From an uncultured Acidobacteriaceae bacterium (GTDB taxonomy: Bacteria > Acidobacteriota > Terriglobia > Terriglobales > Acidobacteriaceae), in contig CAWKFD010000030.1 of assembly GCA_963848805.1 (NCBI GenBank), positions 14,796 through 78,795 on the forward strand: DNA of 64,000 nucleotides. The letters are read 5' to 3'. The notes beneath the pieces were generated by a model. That model was not told the DNA's origin. It worked only from the letters and a program-made list of their open reading frames with translations, and did no database searches. The position numbers and the translations under genes are program-made. Below are positions 52,214-62,675 of this stretch, in pieces; positions within the stretch are counted from its first letter, which is position 1, and each line of letters begins with the position of its first letter.

Positions 52214-52780
52214 TTCGGAAAAATCATTCAGTTACGCGAATTTCCTTCGTCTGCTTTGTCGAGGTCCACCTCTGCCCCCGGTCTGCTAGGTTCGCGTTTT
52301 TACACAAGCAGCTTAACATCACGCTAACAGGCAGCAGTGGGTCAGTTTGAATCCGCTTTGAAGGGCACGACCCGGGCCCCGGCTGCGACTGCTAGGATGT
52401 CTGAAATTTAAGACCGAAAGGAGCCTTCCCCAGTTCGGCCGACGCGCACCCGACCCCCTGCGGCCTTTCCTTGACGGGCATATTCCCAATTGCTCCAACC
52501 AACCGTAAACCTGCTCCCGGTTTTTGCTCTCAAACCGGATCGCTTCGCTGGCGGCCTCTAGAGGAAGCCTTCTCTTTTGAGAGCCTCCTTTACGTGCTCA
52601 GCGCCTCGGCAGCGGCGACGATTCTTTCCTCCTCCAGGCCTCCAGGCGAGACTCATCTGTGGGCTTGTCAGCACCACTGCCTGAAACGACCTTCGACCCA
52701 GAAACAGTCCGCGTAAGCGCTACGCCCACCCTTCTACATTTTCATCCCCCCCTTGTGACCGTATTGGAAGAGAGTAGCTT

Positions 52781-52809
52781 TTGACGCGCTTCGCGGCCTC
52801 TGCTAACTT
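52781..52809 (+). promoter_or_regulatory. Sigma70-type promoter for tRNA-Asn
   Basis: TTGACG-N17-TAACTT, 28 bp upstream of the tRNA. Confidence 0.7.
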
Positions 52810-52836
52810 ATTTATTGGACAACACAACGCCATTCA

Positions 52837-52913
<77 letters not shown>

Positions 52914-52915
52914 TA

Positions 52916-52928
52916 AATCAATAACTTA
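52916..52928 (+). promoter_or_regulatory. IHF-consensus site at the att junction
   Basis: AATCAATAACTTA matches WATCAANNNNTTR exactly, 3 bp after the tRNA CCA and overlapping the integrase stop. Confidence 0.55.
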
Positions 52929-54219
52929 CAGCCTCCCTTCCTCCAGTGCTTGGTCCAAGTTGGTCCAATTGAGTTTCGACCTTGACGGTTCTCCTCTTCG
53001 GAACCGATTCGTTGATCACGGTCACCTTCCCATCAAGAATGGCGGGTTTCCAGTCCGTGAGGATCTCCATCGTGCGGGAGTTCATCGCGTTGAGAACGCT
53101 CGCCTCGATCGTCTGCACATAAACATCGCCCGTTGTCCTGATGCTCGCGTGGCGCAGTGCCCCTTGAGCATCCTTGAGCGTGCCGTGGTGCTGCAGATTG
53201 GTTCCCAGCGTTCGTCTCATGACTTGGAACGTAATGAGCCTCTCCGGGATCTCCAGCTTCCTGGCGATCGGGCGGACCCGGCACCGGAGGAAGTTCTTCC
53301 CCCAGCGCGGCACCGCCTGTCCTTTCCGCTCTCCGCGCCCGAAGGTTGGGAACATCAGAGCTTCTGGTGACGGATCGGGGCTTATTCTCTGCCAGGCTTC
53401 GATAATCGGGCGAACCTGTTCCGGAACGCCGATTGGCGCCCGACTGGACTGATTCTTGAGCCGACCCGGGTAAAATCGCCCTTCGAATGCCGTCCCGTGC
53501 GGAACCAGCGTTGTTCCCGTCCAGGACTTCCACTGCAGGCCGAGAACCTCGCTTGCACGTGGGCCGCAGAATATACCGACGTACATCAGACACAGATCGT
53601 GCAGATCCTGAATGCCGCCAATGAGCTTCAGAATCTGCTCCTGGGTCATCACCGGCTTCTCAACTGGTTTGGTCTGTGGCATGTTCACGTCTTCCGCAGG
53701 ATCGGTTGCAAGGAATTTCAGCTTTTTCGCCATCTGCAGGATGGATCGAATGTTGATGTAGCAGTGGCGAACCACCGATTGGGAGTATTTCGTTGCGAGC
53801 TTGTTGAGCCAGACTTGGATTTCAAAGGCGCCCAGTTGGTTCATCGGAATTCTCCCGAAATGCTCCACCAGGTAATGCTTGATCTCGAAAGTGTTGATTT
53901 TCCGGTATGCCGGGCTCCACGTTCCCTCCCGCATCGGCAAATAACGTTCCGCGACAAACCACTGAAAAGTCACGGTTTCGTCGGGAACGATACCGGGCGA
54001 GGTCTTGGCCGGAACCCCAGTGTCCTGGAGAATCAGCGCGTGCAGCATCTCCTCTGCTTTCCACTTCGGCGTACCGGCTTTGGGACAGAGCGGGACGTTG
54101 CGACGCTTTCCAACCTCCTTTCCTTCCTCGTTTCGCAAGTACACGGTGTACTTGCCGTACCACATCTTCACTTTCCGCCCTCGCGGGTAGACGGTGCCCT
54201 TCTGATACTTCATTGCCAT
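52918..54219 (-). CDS. int: Tyrosine integrase (phage integrase family)
   Basis: N-terminal arm-binding-like MKYQKGTVY..., GPRASEVLGL (R), GRLKN (K), FQVMRRT (QxxR in place of HxxR), LRH, DVY (Y). Confidence 0.92.
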   Translation of the reverse strand: MAMKYQKGTVYPRGRKVKMWYGKYTVYLRNEEGKEVGKRRNVPLCPKAGTPKWKAEEMLHALILQDTGVPAKTSPGIVPDETVTFQWFVAERYLPMREGTWSPAYRKINTFEIKHYLVEHFGRIPMNQLGAFEIQVWLNKLATKYSQSVVRHCYINIRSILQMAKKLKFLATDPAEDVNMPQTKPVEKPVMTQEQILKLIGGIQDLHDLCLMYVGIFCGPRASEVLGLQWKSWTGTTLVPHGTAFEGRFYPGRLKNQSSRAPIGVPEQVRPIIEAWQRISPDPSPEALMFPTFGRGERKGQAVPRWGKNFLRCRVRPIARKLEIPERLITFQVMRRTLGTNLQHHGTLKDAQGALRHASIRTTGDVYVQTIEASVLNAMNSRTMEILTDWKPAILDGKVTVINESVPKRRTVKVETQLDQLGPSTGGREAVSY

Positions 54220-54271
54220 GGCTGTTCTCCTGTAGCCCGGCGTCTTTCCCTGATCGTGGAGAACAATTCCT

Positions 54272-56395
<2,124 letters not shown>

Positions 56396-56409
56396 GGAGG
56401 GCGATACCG

Positions 56410-57057
56410 ATGACGAGCCCAGGTAAGATCGTCGCAAACAACGCCAATCGATATGCGCGATATGGTCTGTCAATGCCGCCACAGACGCTTCGCGCCTTGG
56501 AGAAGCGCGGCATCTACTGCCAGCCTAGCGTCTCAATCGAGCATCAGCATCTGGCGCAGCGGTATGTACTACGCGGCGTCGAGTCCGGCGGCGCAGTCGC
56601 CGACATGGGCCGATACTGCGCCTATCTCGACACCAGCGGAACCCCGCCGCCGTGGCTGCAACAGATCGATTCAATCTCCGGCAACGGCCGCCACACCATC
56701 GTGATCGCGCCGGAACTGGTGCGGATCGAGATGCTGCGCATAGGCCACACCTACGAACTGGCCATCACGCGGCTTTGGCTGAAGTCTGAAGAAGGCCATA
56801 CACGCCCGGCCATCACTACGGCGCCCGTCTTCCGTGGCCATCAGGGAACGCTCGCCGTTGAACTCTGGAATGCGGAGAACAAGTCCCTGCGCGGTACGGT
56901 TGCGCCGGTCTTCTACACCGCAGCCGGCGAAGTGCTCGATCTGCCAAATCGCTTTGAAGAAGCCATTCGCAAGATCACCGGCGCAGTCGCCTGCCTTGGA
57001 TGCAAACACACGCACATCGCCGTCGACCCGGCCACGAACAAAGGTGGTGCGCTATGA
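56410..57057 (+). CDS. Hypothetical element backbone protein
   Basis: 215-aa ORF with RBS, tightly coupled to its neighbours; no family recognised. Confidence 0.7.
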   Translation: MTSPGKIVANNANRYARYGLSMPPQTLRALEKRGIYCQPSVSIEHQHLAQRYVLRGVESGGAVADMGRYCAYLDTSGTPPPWLQQIDSISGNGRHTIVIAPELVRIEMLRIGHTYELAITRLWLKSEEGHTRPAITTAPVFRGHQGTLAVELWNAENKSLRGTVAPVFYTAAGEVLDLPNRFEEAIRKITGAVACLGCKHTHIAVDPATNKGGAL

Positions 57058-57302
57058 CCTGCTCCATCGAAGTGGGCAAACCCGATTGGCGACCTCTCGA
57101 GAATGCCATCCCGCCGGATTACTGCGAAGACTTCATGTTCATGGGCAAGGCTGGCGACATCGTCCTCTACAAGCACCGCTTGACGCGGCGCTATCTGAAC
57201 ATCGACGCGGTGACAGGAAAGTTCTACCGCTATGCCAATGGCGAGTACGTCGAGATCGACCGGCGACAGGCGCTCGATTCTGTCTACGGCCACGACCAAT
57301 AA
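57054..57302 (+). CDS. Hypothetical protein (82 aa)
   Basis: ATGA overlap; PDWRPLE...FMFMG...LYKHRLTRRYLNID. Confidence 0.7.
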   Translation: MTCSIEVGKPDWRPLENAIPPDYCEDFMFMGKAGDIVLYKHRLTRRYLNIDAVTGKFYRYANGEYVEIDRRQALDSVYGHDQ

Positions 57303-57313
57303 AGGAGAGAAGC

Positions 57314-57754
57314 ATGGGACGGAGTGTAAACAAGGTCATTCTTTTGGGCCGCGCCGGCAAAGACCCGTCGGTCCACATTCTGCGTACGGGCACGATCGTC
57401 AACCTGTCGCTCGCCACCAGCGAGCGCTACCGGGATATCCACGGTGACTGGCAGGAGCACACCGAGTGGCACAATCTGGTGGGCTTCCAGCGAACGGCCG
57501 AGATCCTGCGCGACTATGTCCGCAAGGGGTCGCGGCTCTATGTCGAGGGCTCGCTGCGGACTCGCTCCTGGGACGACCGGCAAACCGGCCAGCGCCGGTA
57601 TCGCTCCGAGATTGTCGTCAACGAGATCAGCCTCCTGTCTCCTCCTCCCGACGGCGGCACCGATGACGTGGAGCACTACGTCAGCGGGCAGGGCTTTGCG
57701 CAGCCTGAGTTCAATGATGAACCGGAGATCTCGCAGGAAGAAGTGCCGTATTAA
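57314..57754 (+). CDS. ssb: Single-stranded DNA-binding protein
   Basis: SVNKVILLGRAGKDP, LSLATSE, TEWHNLV, KGSRLYVEGSLRTRSW, acidic tail ending EEVPY. Confidence 0.93.
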   Translation: MGRSVNKVILLGRAGKDPSVHILRTGTIVNLSLATSERYRDIHGDWQEHTEWHNLVGFQRTAEILRDYVRKGSRLYVEGSLRTRSWDDRQTGQRRYRSEIVVNEISLLSPPPDGGTDDVEHYVSGQGFAQPEFNDEPEISQEEVPY

Positions 57755-57804
57755 CACAAGCGCAGAATTCGCTTGTATCAAGAGCAACCCATTTTTCGGT
57801 CACC

Positions 57805-58491
57805 TCAGGGAATATTGGAGGCAATGGACGCCAGGCGTCCTTTAATGAGTGGAACCCGCCCGTCGTCGAGGACAAATCCAGGAAGAACGTCAAGAAATCT
57901 GGATTCGGCAAGCAGCATCTTCGCTGCATCCGCAAGATACCGCCGAAGCGGTTGCGGAGACGCGGCGATCTCCTGTAGCAGCGTCTCCCGTCCCTCGATG
58001 ACAGCAACAAAGTCTTCGAGATCGTGGCTAACCTGAAAGTCCATCTTGCCTCGTCCCCGGAATGCTTCCATCTTTGTTCCCAGGAAAAACGGTGCAGTGA
58101 TCACCCGGATCGATTGTCCACTCGGCAGGGTAGCCGTGAACGCATGTTTGAGCGCGGGCTCATACCAGATGTTGGTGAACCCGAGCACCTCTTCGTTGAG
58201 CGCCAGCACATCTAACGTCAAGCCGCTATTGTGCCATCGGCACGTAAGAGGGTTTTCCCCAGAGTCCTCAGTGAAATGGGCCTTGCGAAGACGTTCTGAG
58301 AACGCGATGTAATCGGCATACGTAACAATTTCAGCGATTACATCGACATCGTTTGTTCCTCGAATCGGAGCGGCGGCCTTGTCGGTAATCAACAGCCCGA
58401 GCGTCACTCCTCCGACGAAAACGATTTCATCCAGAAATGGAGCGAGCTTGCGGACTGCATCTTCCAGCAGAGGCAGATTCGGATCAGGCAT
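57805..58491 (-). CDS. AbiEii-like (Pol-beta fold) nucleotidyltransferase, putative toxin
   Basis: VFVGG, TNDVDV (DxD), TLDVL, TKMEAFRGRG, SHDLED; overlaps the upstream wHTH gene by 8 nt. Confidence 0.72.
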   Translation of the reverse strand: MPDPNLPLLEDAVRKLAPFLDEIVFVGGVTLGLLITDKAAAPIRGTNDVDVIAEIVTYADYIAFSERLRKAHFTEDSGENPLTCRWHNSGLTLDVLALNEEVLGFTNIWYEPALKHAFTATLPSGQSIRVITAPFFLGTKMEAFRGRGKMDFQVSHDLEDFVAVIEGRETLLQEIAASPQPLRRYLADAAKMLLAESRFLDVLPGFVLDDGRVPLIKGRLASIASNIP

Positions 58492-58993
58492 TGATTTCCT
58501 TTCCGAGAAGTTCGACCGCAAGGTTTCGTTCCCTCGTTCTTCCGCTGCGAATTGCATCGCAGAGAGCGAGAACACTATGGAATTTTGGATCGAGCAACGC
58601 GGCTTTGGGCGCCCCCTTGTAAAGCGGGGCAAGCGACATTCCTCGAACCTTTCCTTCTGCATACGGCCAAACTGCGGGAGGCTCACCATCCTCCAGTAAG
58701 CGCGATTTGAGCGGTTCCGCCGCGGCGGCCGTGGGAACCCCTCGAACGAGAGGTCCCTTGGCAGGCGGAAAGACGTACTTCAATCCATGCGCTAGAAACT
58801 CCATGAGCGCAGATCGGTTTACCCGTTTCTCTCCACTGGACAGGTAGAGCAAGCCTGAATCCGCACAGCGCTTCAGAGCCTTCGATACCTCGGAAGGAGA
58901 GATGAATAGGCTCTCCGCCAGGTTTTTCGAGGGTACCTGCGGCCCATTCTGGATGGCGAGTTTGAGGAGAAGCGCAACGTCTTGTCCTTGCAT
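58484..58993 (-). CDS. Winged-helix (MarR-like N-terminus) protein, putative AbiEi-like antitoxin
   Basis: QDVALLLKL...LAESLFISPSEVSKALKRC..SGLL; HGLKYVFPP, RGVPTA, VWPY, PLY, LALCDAIRSGRTRE. Confidence 0.72.
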   Translation of the reverse strand: MQGQDVALLLKLAIQNGPQVPSKNLAESLFISPSEVSKALKRCADSGLLYLSSGEKRVNRSALMEFLAHGLKYVFPPAKGPLVRGVPTAAAAEPLKSRLLEDGEPPAVWPYAEGKVRGMSLAPLYKGAPKAALLDPKFHSVLALCDAIRSGRTRERNLAVELLGKEINA

Positions 58994-59010
58994 ATGCCCA
59001 TTGTAACCCC

Positions 59011-59038
59011 ATATTTCCAATTTGGAAATTGGAAATAT
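59011..59038. promoter_or_regulatory. Perfect 12-bp inverted repeat over the promoter of the wHTH-NTase pair
   Basis: ATATTTCCAATT-TGGA-AATTGGAAATAT; on the minus strand it precedes TACAAT, which lies 6 nt from the ATG. Confidence 0.7.
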
Positions 59039-59167
59039 GATCCAAGCGCGGAATATACAGCGAACATCCGCACAAAAATCTATGGCCTGAATCATAGGGA
59101 GCGCCCGCTGGAGCACTCTCAATCACTTTGCCTGAAAACGTAGGCCCCTAGCCAGAGGAGGTGAGGT

Positions 59168-60055
59168 ATGGCCGCAACGAAGTTTACAGAAGCCGAGCGC
59201 GAGAAGCTCTTCGCGCAGCTCGAAGCGCCGTTCGATCCGGCGCTGATCAAGTGGCGCGTGATGCGCACCTTCGACTATGGCCGGAGCGGCGTCATTCTGC
59301 CCTTCGCCGATCCGCGCGCCTACACGGACCGGCTCAACGAACTCTTCACGCCGTCGGGCTGGACGCGCGAGTACACGATCTCGACCGTGCCGTCGCTCTG
59401 CCGCATGGAGCGGGGCAAGGCGATCGTGACCAGCAAGGTGCTGGTGGCGACCGCAGTGACGATCACGCGGCTGGGCAGCCACACCGGCACCGGCGAGGAG
59501 TGGGCCGACCGGGAAAACGCCGTCACGGCGGCGGACGCCCAGGCCTTCAAGCGGGCCTGTAGCTGTTTCGGGCTGGGCCGCTACCTCTACCGTTTCGGAG
59601 AGACCCGAGTGCGGCTGAATTCCCGTGGTGAGCCGATGGCAATCCCCACTCTGCCCGAGTGGGCGCTGCCGCCGGGAATGACCATGGCTCAGGCGAACGG
59701 CCTGGCCGGCGACACGCGCGGACCAGTCGATCAGCGGCTGACGGTGGAGATCGAAGGCTTTCGCGGGACGCTGGGCGAGCCGATCTACGCGGAGATTCTG
59801 CGCCGGGCCGGGCACAGCGCCGACGCGCGGACCATCCCCAACGCGGAGCGGCAGAAGCAGACCATCGAGAAGATGCAGGCTGCAGCGCGCGGTTTCGAGC
59901 GGCTGCGCAACCTGGCCGAGATGGCTGGCGACGCGCAGTTCTTCGCCGTAACGGAGCGCTTCAAAATCGCATCGGTCACCGAACTGCCGAGCCTGGGGGC
60001 GTTGAAGCAACTGGTCGATGAACTCGAATCCATGGCCAATCAGCAGGTCGCCTAG
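59168..60055 (+). CDS. Rad52/Rad22-family single-strand annealing protein
   Basis: LEAPFDP..IKWRV, FADPRAYTDRLNELF, W...Y, AFKRACSCFGLGRYLY. Confidence 0.82.
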   Translation: MAATKFTEAEREKLFAQLEAPFDPALIKWRVMRTFDYGRSGVILPFADPRAYTDRLNELFTPSGWTREYTISTVPSLCRMERGKAIVTSKVLVATAVTITRLGSHTGTGEEWADRENAVTAADAQAFKRACSCFGLGRYLYRFGETRVRLNSRGEPMAIPTLPEWALPPGMTMAQANGLAGDTRGPVDQRLTVEIEGFRGTLGEPIYAEILRRAGHSADARTIPNAERQKQTIEKMQAAARGFERLRNLAEMAGDAQFFAVTERFKIASVTELPSLGALKQLVDELESMANQQVA

Positions 60056-60082
60056 CGAGCGCTTGAGAGCCCGGAGGAAATC

Positions 60083-60331
60083 ATGGGAGAAATCAGCATT
60101 CTGCGTCCGCGTCGCAGCCTCGTCAGCATTCCGGTTGTCGAAGCCGTCTACTGCGAGAGTTGCGCCACAGTCTCGAACTCAAGCGGTGGATGTTGCGGCG
60201 TGTGCGGCAACATCTCCGTTTGGCCGCTGGCCGAGTTGGTGCCGCAGCCACCGAAGAGCCCGAACCCCGGAGTTGCATCGGCAGGGCGACTGTTTCCAGC
60301 CTGGTGCGACAGATTGGAAAGGGCGGCGTGA
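60083..60331 (+). CDS. Small Cys-rich (zinc-ribbon) protein
   Basis: AVYCESC...CCGVCG; translationally coupled to the next ORF. Confidence 0.6.
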   Translation: MGEISILRPRRSLVSIPVVEAVYCESCATVSNSSGGCCGVCGNISVWPLAELVPQPPKSPNPGVASAGRLFPAWCDRLERAA

Positions 60332-60732
60332 TGGATACAGCAGAAACAACCGCATCCCTACCCAAACCCGCCGTTTTCGCCCACCGGGAAGCTTTGCGGC
60401 TTCCCGCTTCGAAGGTCGTCGAGAAGCTGGTTGAGATCGTCGGGCGGAAACTGACCGCTTATATCGGCGGCGTCAAGGACGCTCGTGCTGTCGATCGCTG
60501 GATCGCCGGCGGCGAGATCTACGGCGATGCTGAGAGCCGGTTGCGGTTCGCCTTTCAGGTGGCGCGCACCTTGAGCGAGCACGATTCGCCCGCCGTCGTG
60601 CAGGCTTGGCTGACGGGCGTGAATCCGGAACTGGGAGACAGAGTGCCGCTGCGCCTGATGCGCGAGAATGAGATTGATGCGGTGGCGCCAGCCATCCTGA
60701 GCGCCGCCAGAGCATACCTCAGCGACAAGTAG
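60331..60732 (+). CDS. Xre/MbcA/ParS-like antitoxin (no RES toxin next to it)
   Basis: LVEIVGRKLTAYIGGV...V.RW..G...RLR.A....L......VVQAWL.G.NP.LGD..PL.L pattern of RES-associated antitoxins. Confidence 0.65.
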   Translation: MDTAETTASLPKPAVFAHREALRLPASKVVEKLVEIVGRKLTAYIGGVKDARAVDRWIAGGEIYGDAESRLRFAFQVARTLSEHDSPAVVQAWLTGVNPELGDRVPLRLMRENEIDAVAPAILSAARAYLSDK

Positions 60733-60761
60733 ACGGGTAATTTTCCTTAAATGATATGGTT

Positions 60762-60810
60762 AATATATTGCCTTTCGTGTCGTATAATGGAGACAAAGAG
60801 GCAACATATT
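60762..60810. promoter_or_regulatory. hipBA promoter: TATAAT flanked by 12-bp inverted repeat arms
   Basis: AATATATTGCCT (60762-73) and AGGCAACATATT (60799-810), one mismatch; TATAAT at 60783-88. Confidence 0.6.
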
Positions 60811-61141
60811 GGCTGTATATCTCAGGACCGTGCAAGAGGTACAGACAGGAATTGCAGGGCGGTTCAAGGCCCGGCGTCTTGCCATGAACCTAACACAGAG
60901 AGAACTGGCGGCGCGCTCGGGCGTGACCTTCAGTTCTCTGAAGCGATTTGAGCGCGAAGGATTGATCGCGCTGGATTCGCTTCTGAATCTGGCCTTGGTG
61001 CTCAATTGCCTTGACGATTTCGACAAGCTGGCCATGGAAAGCCAGCCCATCTCAGTCACCCAATCGCTCGATGCCCTTCTGGCCACGCCGGCGTTGCGGC
61101 GCGGAGCAACGGGCAGAAAAGGACGCAGCCATGGCGTATAA
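60809..61141 (+). CDS. hipB: HipB-like XRE HTH antitoxin
   Basis: KARRLAMNLTQRELAARSGVTFSSLKRFEREG.I.L.SL; overlaps the hipA start. Confidence 0.8.
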   Translation: MAVYLRTVQEVQTGIAGRFKARRLAMNLTQRELAARSGVTFSSLKRFEREGLIALDSLLNLALVLNCLDDFDKLAMESQPISVTQSLDALLATPALRRGATGRKGRSHGV

Positions 61142-62357
61142 GCCGACAGAGTTGCTGACCGTCTATCTTGACGCGCGAAACCAGCGCCGCAAGGTTGGGC
61201 GCCTCGCGTTCAAGGACAGGCAGATCCTTTTCGAGTATGACGCCTCCTTCCTTGCTTCGGGCATCGAGATTTCGCCGATCAAACTTCCTCTCAGGCCCGG
61301 CGTCTCCATTGCCGACACCACGATCTTCGACGGCCTGCATGGCGTATTCAATGACAGTCTGCCGGACGGATGGGGCCGCCTTTTGCTCGACCGCACAGTG
61401 GAAAAACACGGTGTCCATCGTGGCCAACTGAATCCGCTCGACCGGCTGGCCTATGTGGGACGGCACGGCATGGGCGCTCTCAGCTACGAGCCCGAGCTCA
61501 GCCAGCAAACCGCCGACGATGCTCCGCTGGCTCTCGACAAACTTGCTGAGGAATCAGCCGTCGTACTGGCCGGAGAGAACGAAGAGGTCTTCGAAGATTT
61601 GCTGCGGCTCAATGGCTCCTCTTCAGGCGCCCGCCCCAAGATCGTGGCGCAAGTGAGCACGGACAAGAAAAGGATCATTCACGGCCAGCAGGAATTGCAA
61701 CCCGGCTTCGCGCACTGGATGATCAAGTTTCCGTCTTCCCAGGACGCGCGGGATGCGGGAGCTATCGAATACGCCTATAGCCTGATGGCAAAGGATGCGG
61801 GCGTGGAAATGCCTGAGACTCATCTTTTCCGCACGAAAAGGAACAAATACTTCGGCACGAAGCGCTTCGACCGGGACATTGATGCCCACATCCACATGCA
61901 CAGCCTTGGCGGCCTGATCCATGCCGATCATCGCACTCCCAGCCTCGACTACAATATGGTTCTGCGCGTGACCCTGGCGTTGACCAGGAATATCCAGGAT
62001 GCCGAAAAGGCCTATGCTTTGGCCTGCTTCAACGTTCTTGCCCATAACCGCGACGATCACGTGAAGAATTTTTCGTTCCTGTTGAACGCAAGAAACGAAT
62101 GGATTTTTGCGCCAGCCTACGACCTCACCTTTTCCTATGGTCCGGGCGGTGAGCAAAGCATGCTCGTGATGGGAGAGGGACGGAATCCCGGTGCAGCCCA
62201 ACTTCAGGCATTGGGCAAGCAGCATGGGATAAAGAACGCGCAGGAGATTCTGGCAAAAGTTAAAACCGCCGTGGCCAACTGGCGCCGCTATGCTGAACAG
62301 GCTGGCGTATCGCGAAAATCCACCCAAGAGATCGCAGACAAGATCAAGATGCCGTAA
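61131..62357 (+). CDS. hipA: HipA-family Ser/Thr kinase toxin
   Basis: N-terminal couple domain (FNDSLPDGWGR), GSSSGARPK, WMIKFP, EYAYSLMA, KRFDR, NRDDHVKNF, FAPAYDL. Confidence 0.93.
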   Translation: MAYKPTELLTVYLDARNQRRKVGRLAFKDRQILFEYDASFLASGIEISPIKLPLRPGVSIADTTIFDGLHGVFNDSLPDGWGRLLLDRTVEKHGVHRGQLNPLDRLAYVGRHGMGALSYEPELSQQTADDAPLALDKLAEESAVVLAGENEEVFEDLLRLNGSSSGARPKIVAQVSTDKKRIIHGQQELQPGFAHWMIKFPSSQDARDAGAIEYAYSLMAKDAGVEMPETHLFRTKRNKYFGTKRFDRDIDAHIHMHSLGGLIHADHRTPSLDYNMVLRVTLALTRNIQDAEKAYALACFNVLAHNRDDHVKNFSFLLNARNEWIFAPAYDLTFSYGPGGEQSMLVMGEGRNPGAAQLQALGKQHGIKNAQEILAKVKTAVANWRRYAEQAGVSRKSTQEIADKIKMP

Positions 62358-62432
62358 TTGTCTTCATCTTCGAATTCAGGCTGCGACCTAGTCGGGAAAC
62401 CGTTCATCCCGGACACAACGCGGTTCATTCAA

Positions 62433-62600
62433 TCAAGCAGCTTTCGCGGCCGTCTTCTTCGGAACATCTACAGAAATCACCTCTGCTGGCCGGCCAGGCT
62501 TACGCTTGGCGACCACTGCGCCCAATGCGCTCAATAGCGCCTTGGCGTGTTCGAGGCAAGCGATCTCGGCGTCGATTGCGGAAAGAATGTCTTTCACCAT
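62433..62600 (-). CDS. Small basic protein (coiled coil + K/R-rich tail)
   Basis: MVKDILSAIDAEIACLEHAKALL...KRKPGRP...KKTAAKAA; GGAGG-like RBS upstream. Confidence 0.5.
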   Translation of the reverse strand: MVKDILSAIDAEIACLEHAKALLSALGAVVAKRKPGRPAEVISVDVPKKTAAKAA

Positions 62601-62675
62601 GGTGCGCGATGCACCTCCCATCGAGAAATACACGTCCCGATTCAAAACCCAGAGTTCATCGTCCAAGGAGGAACC

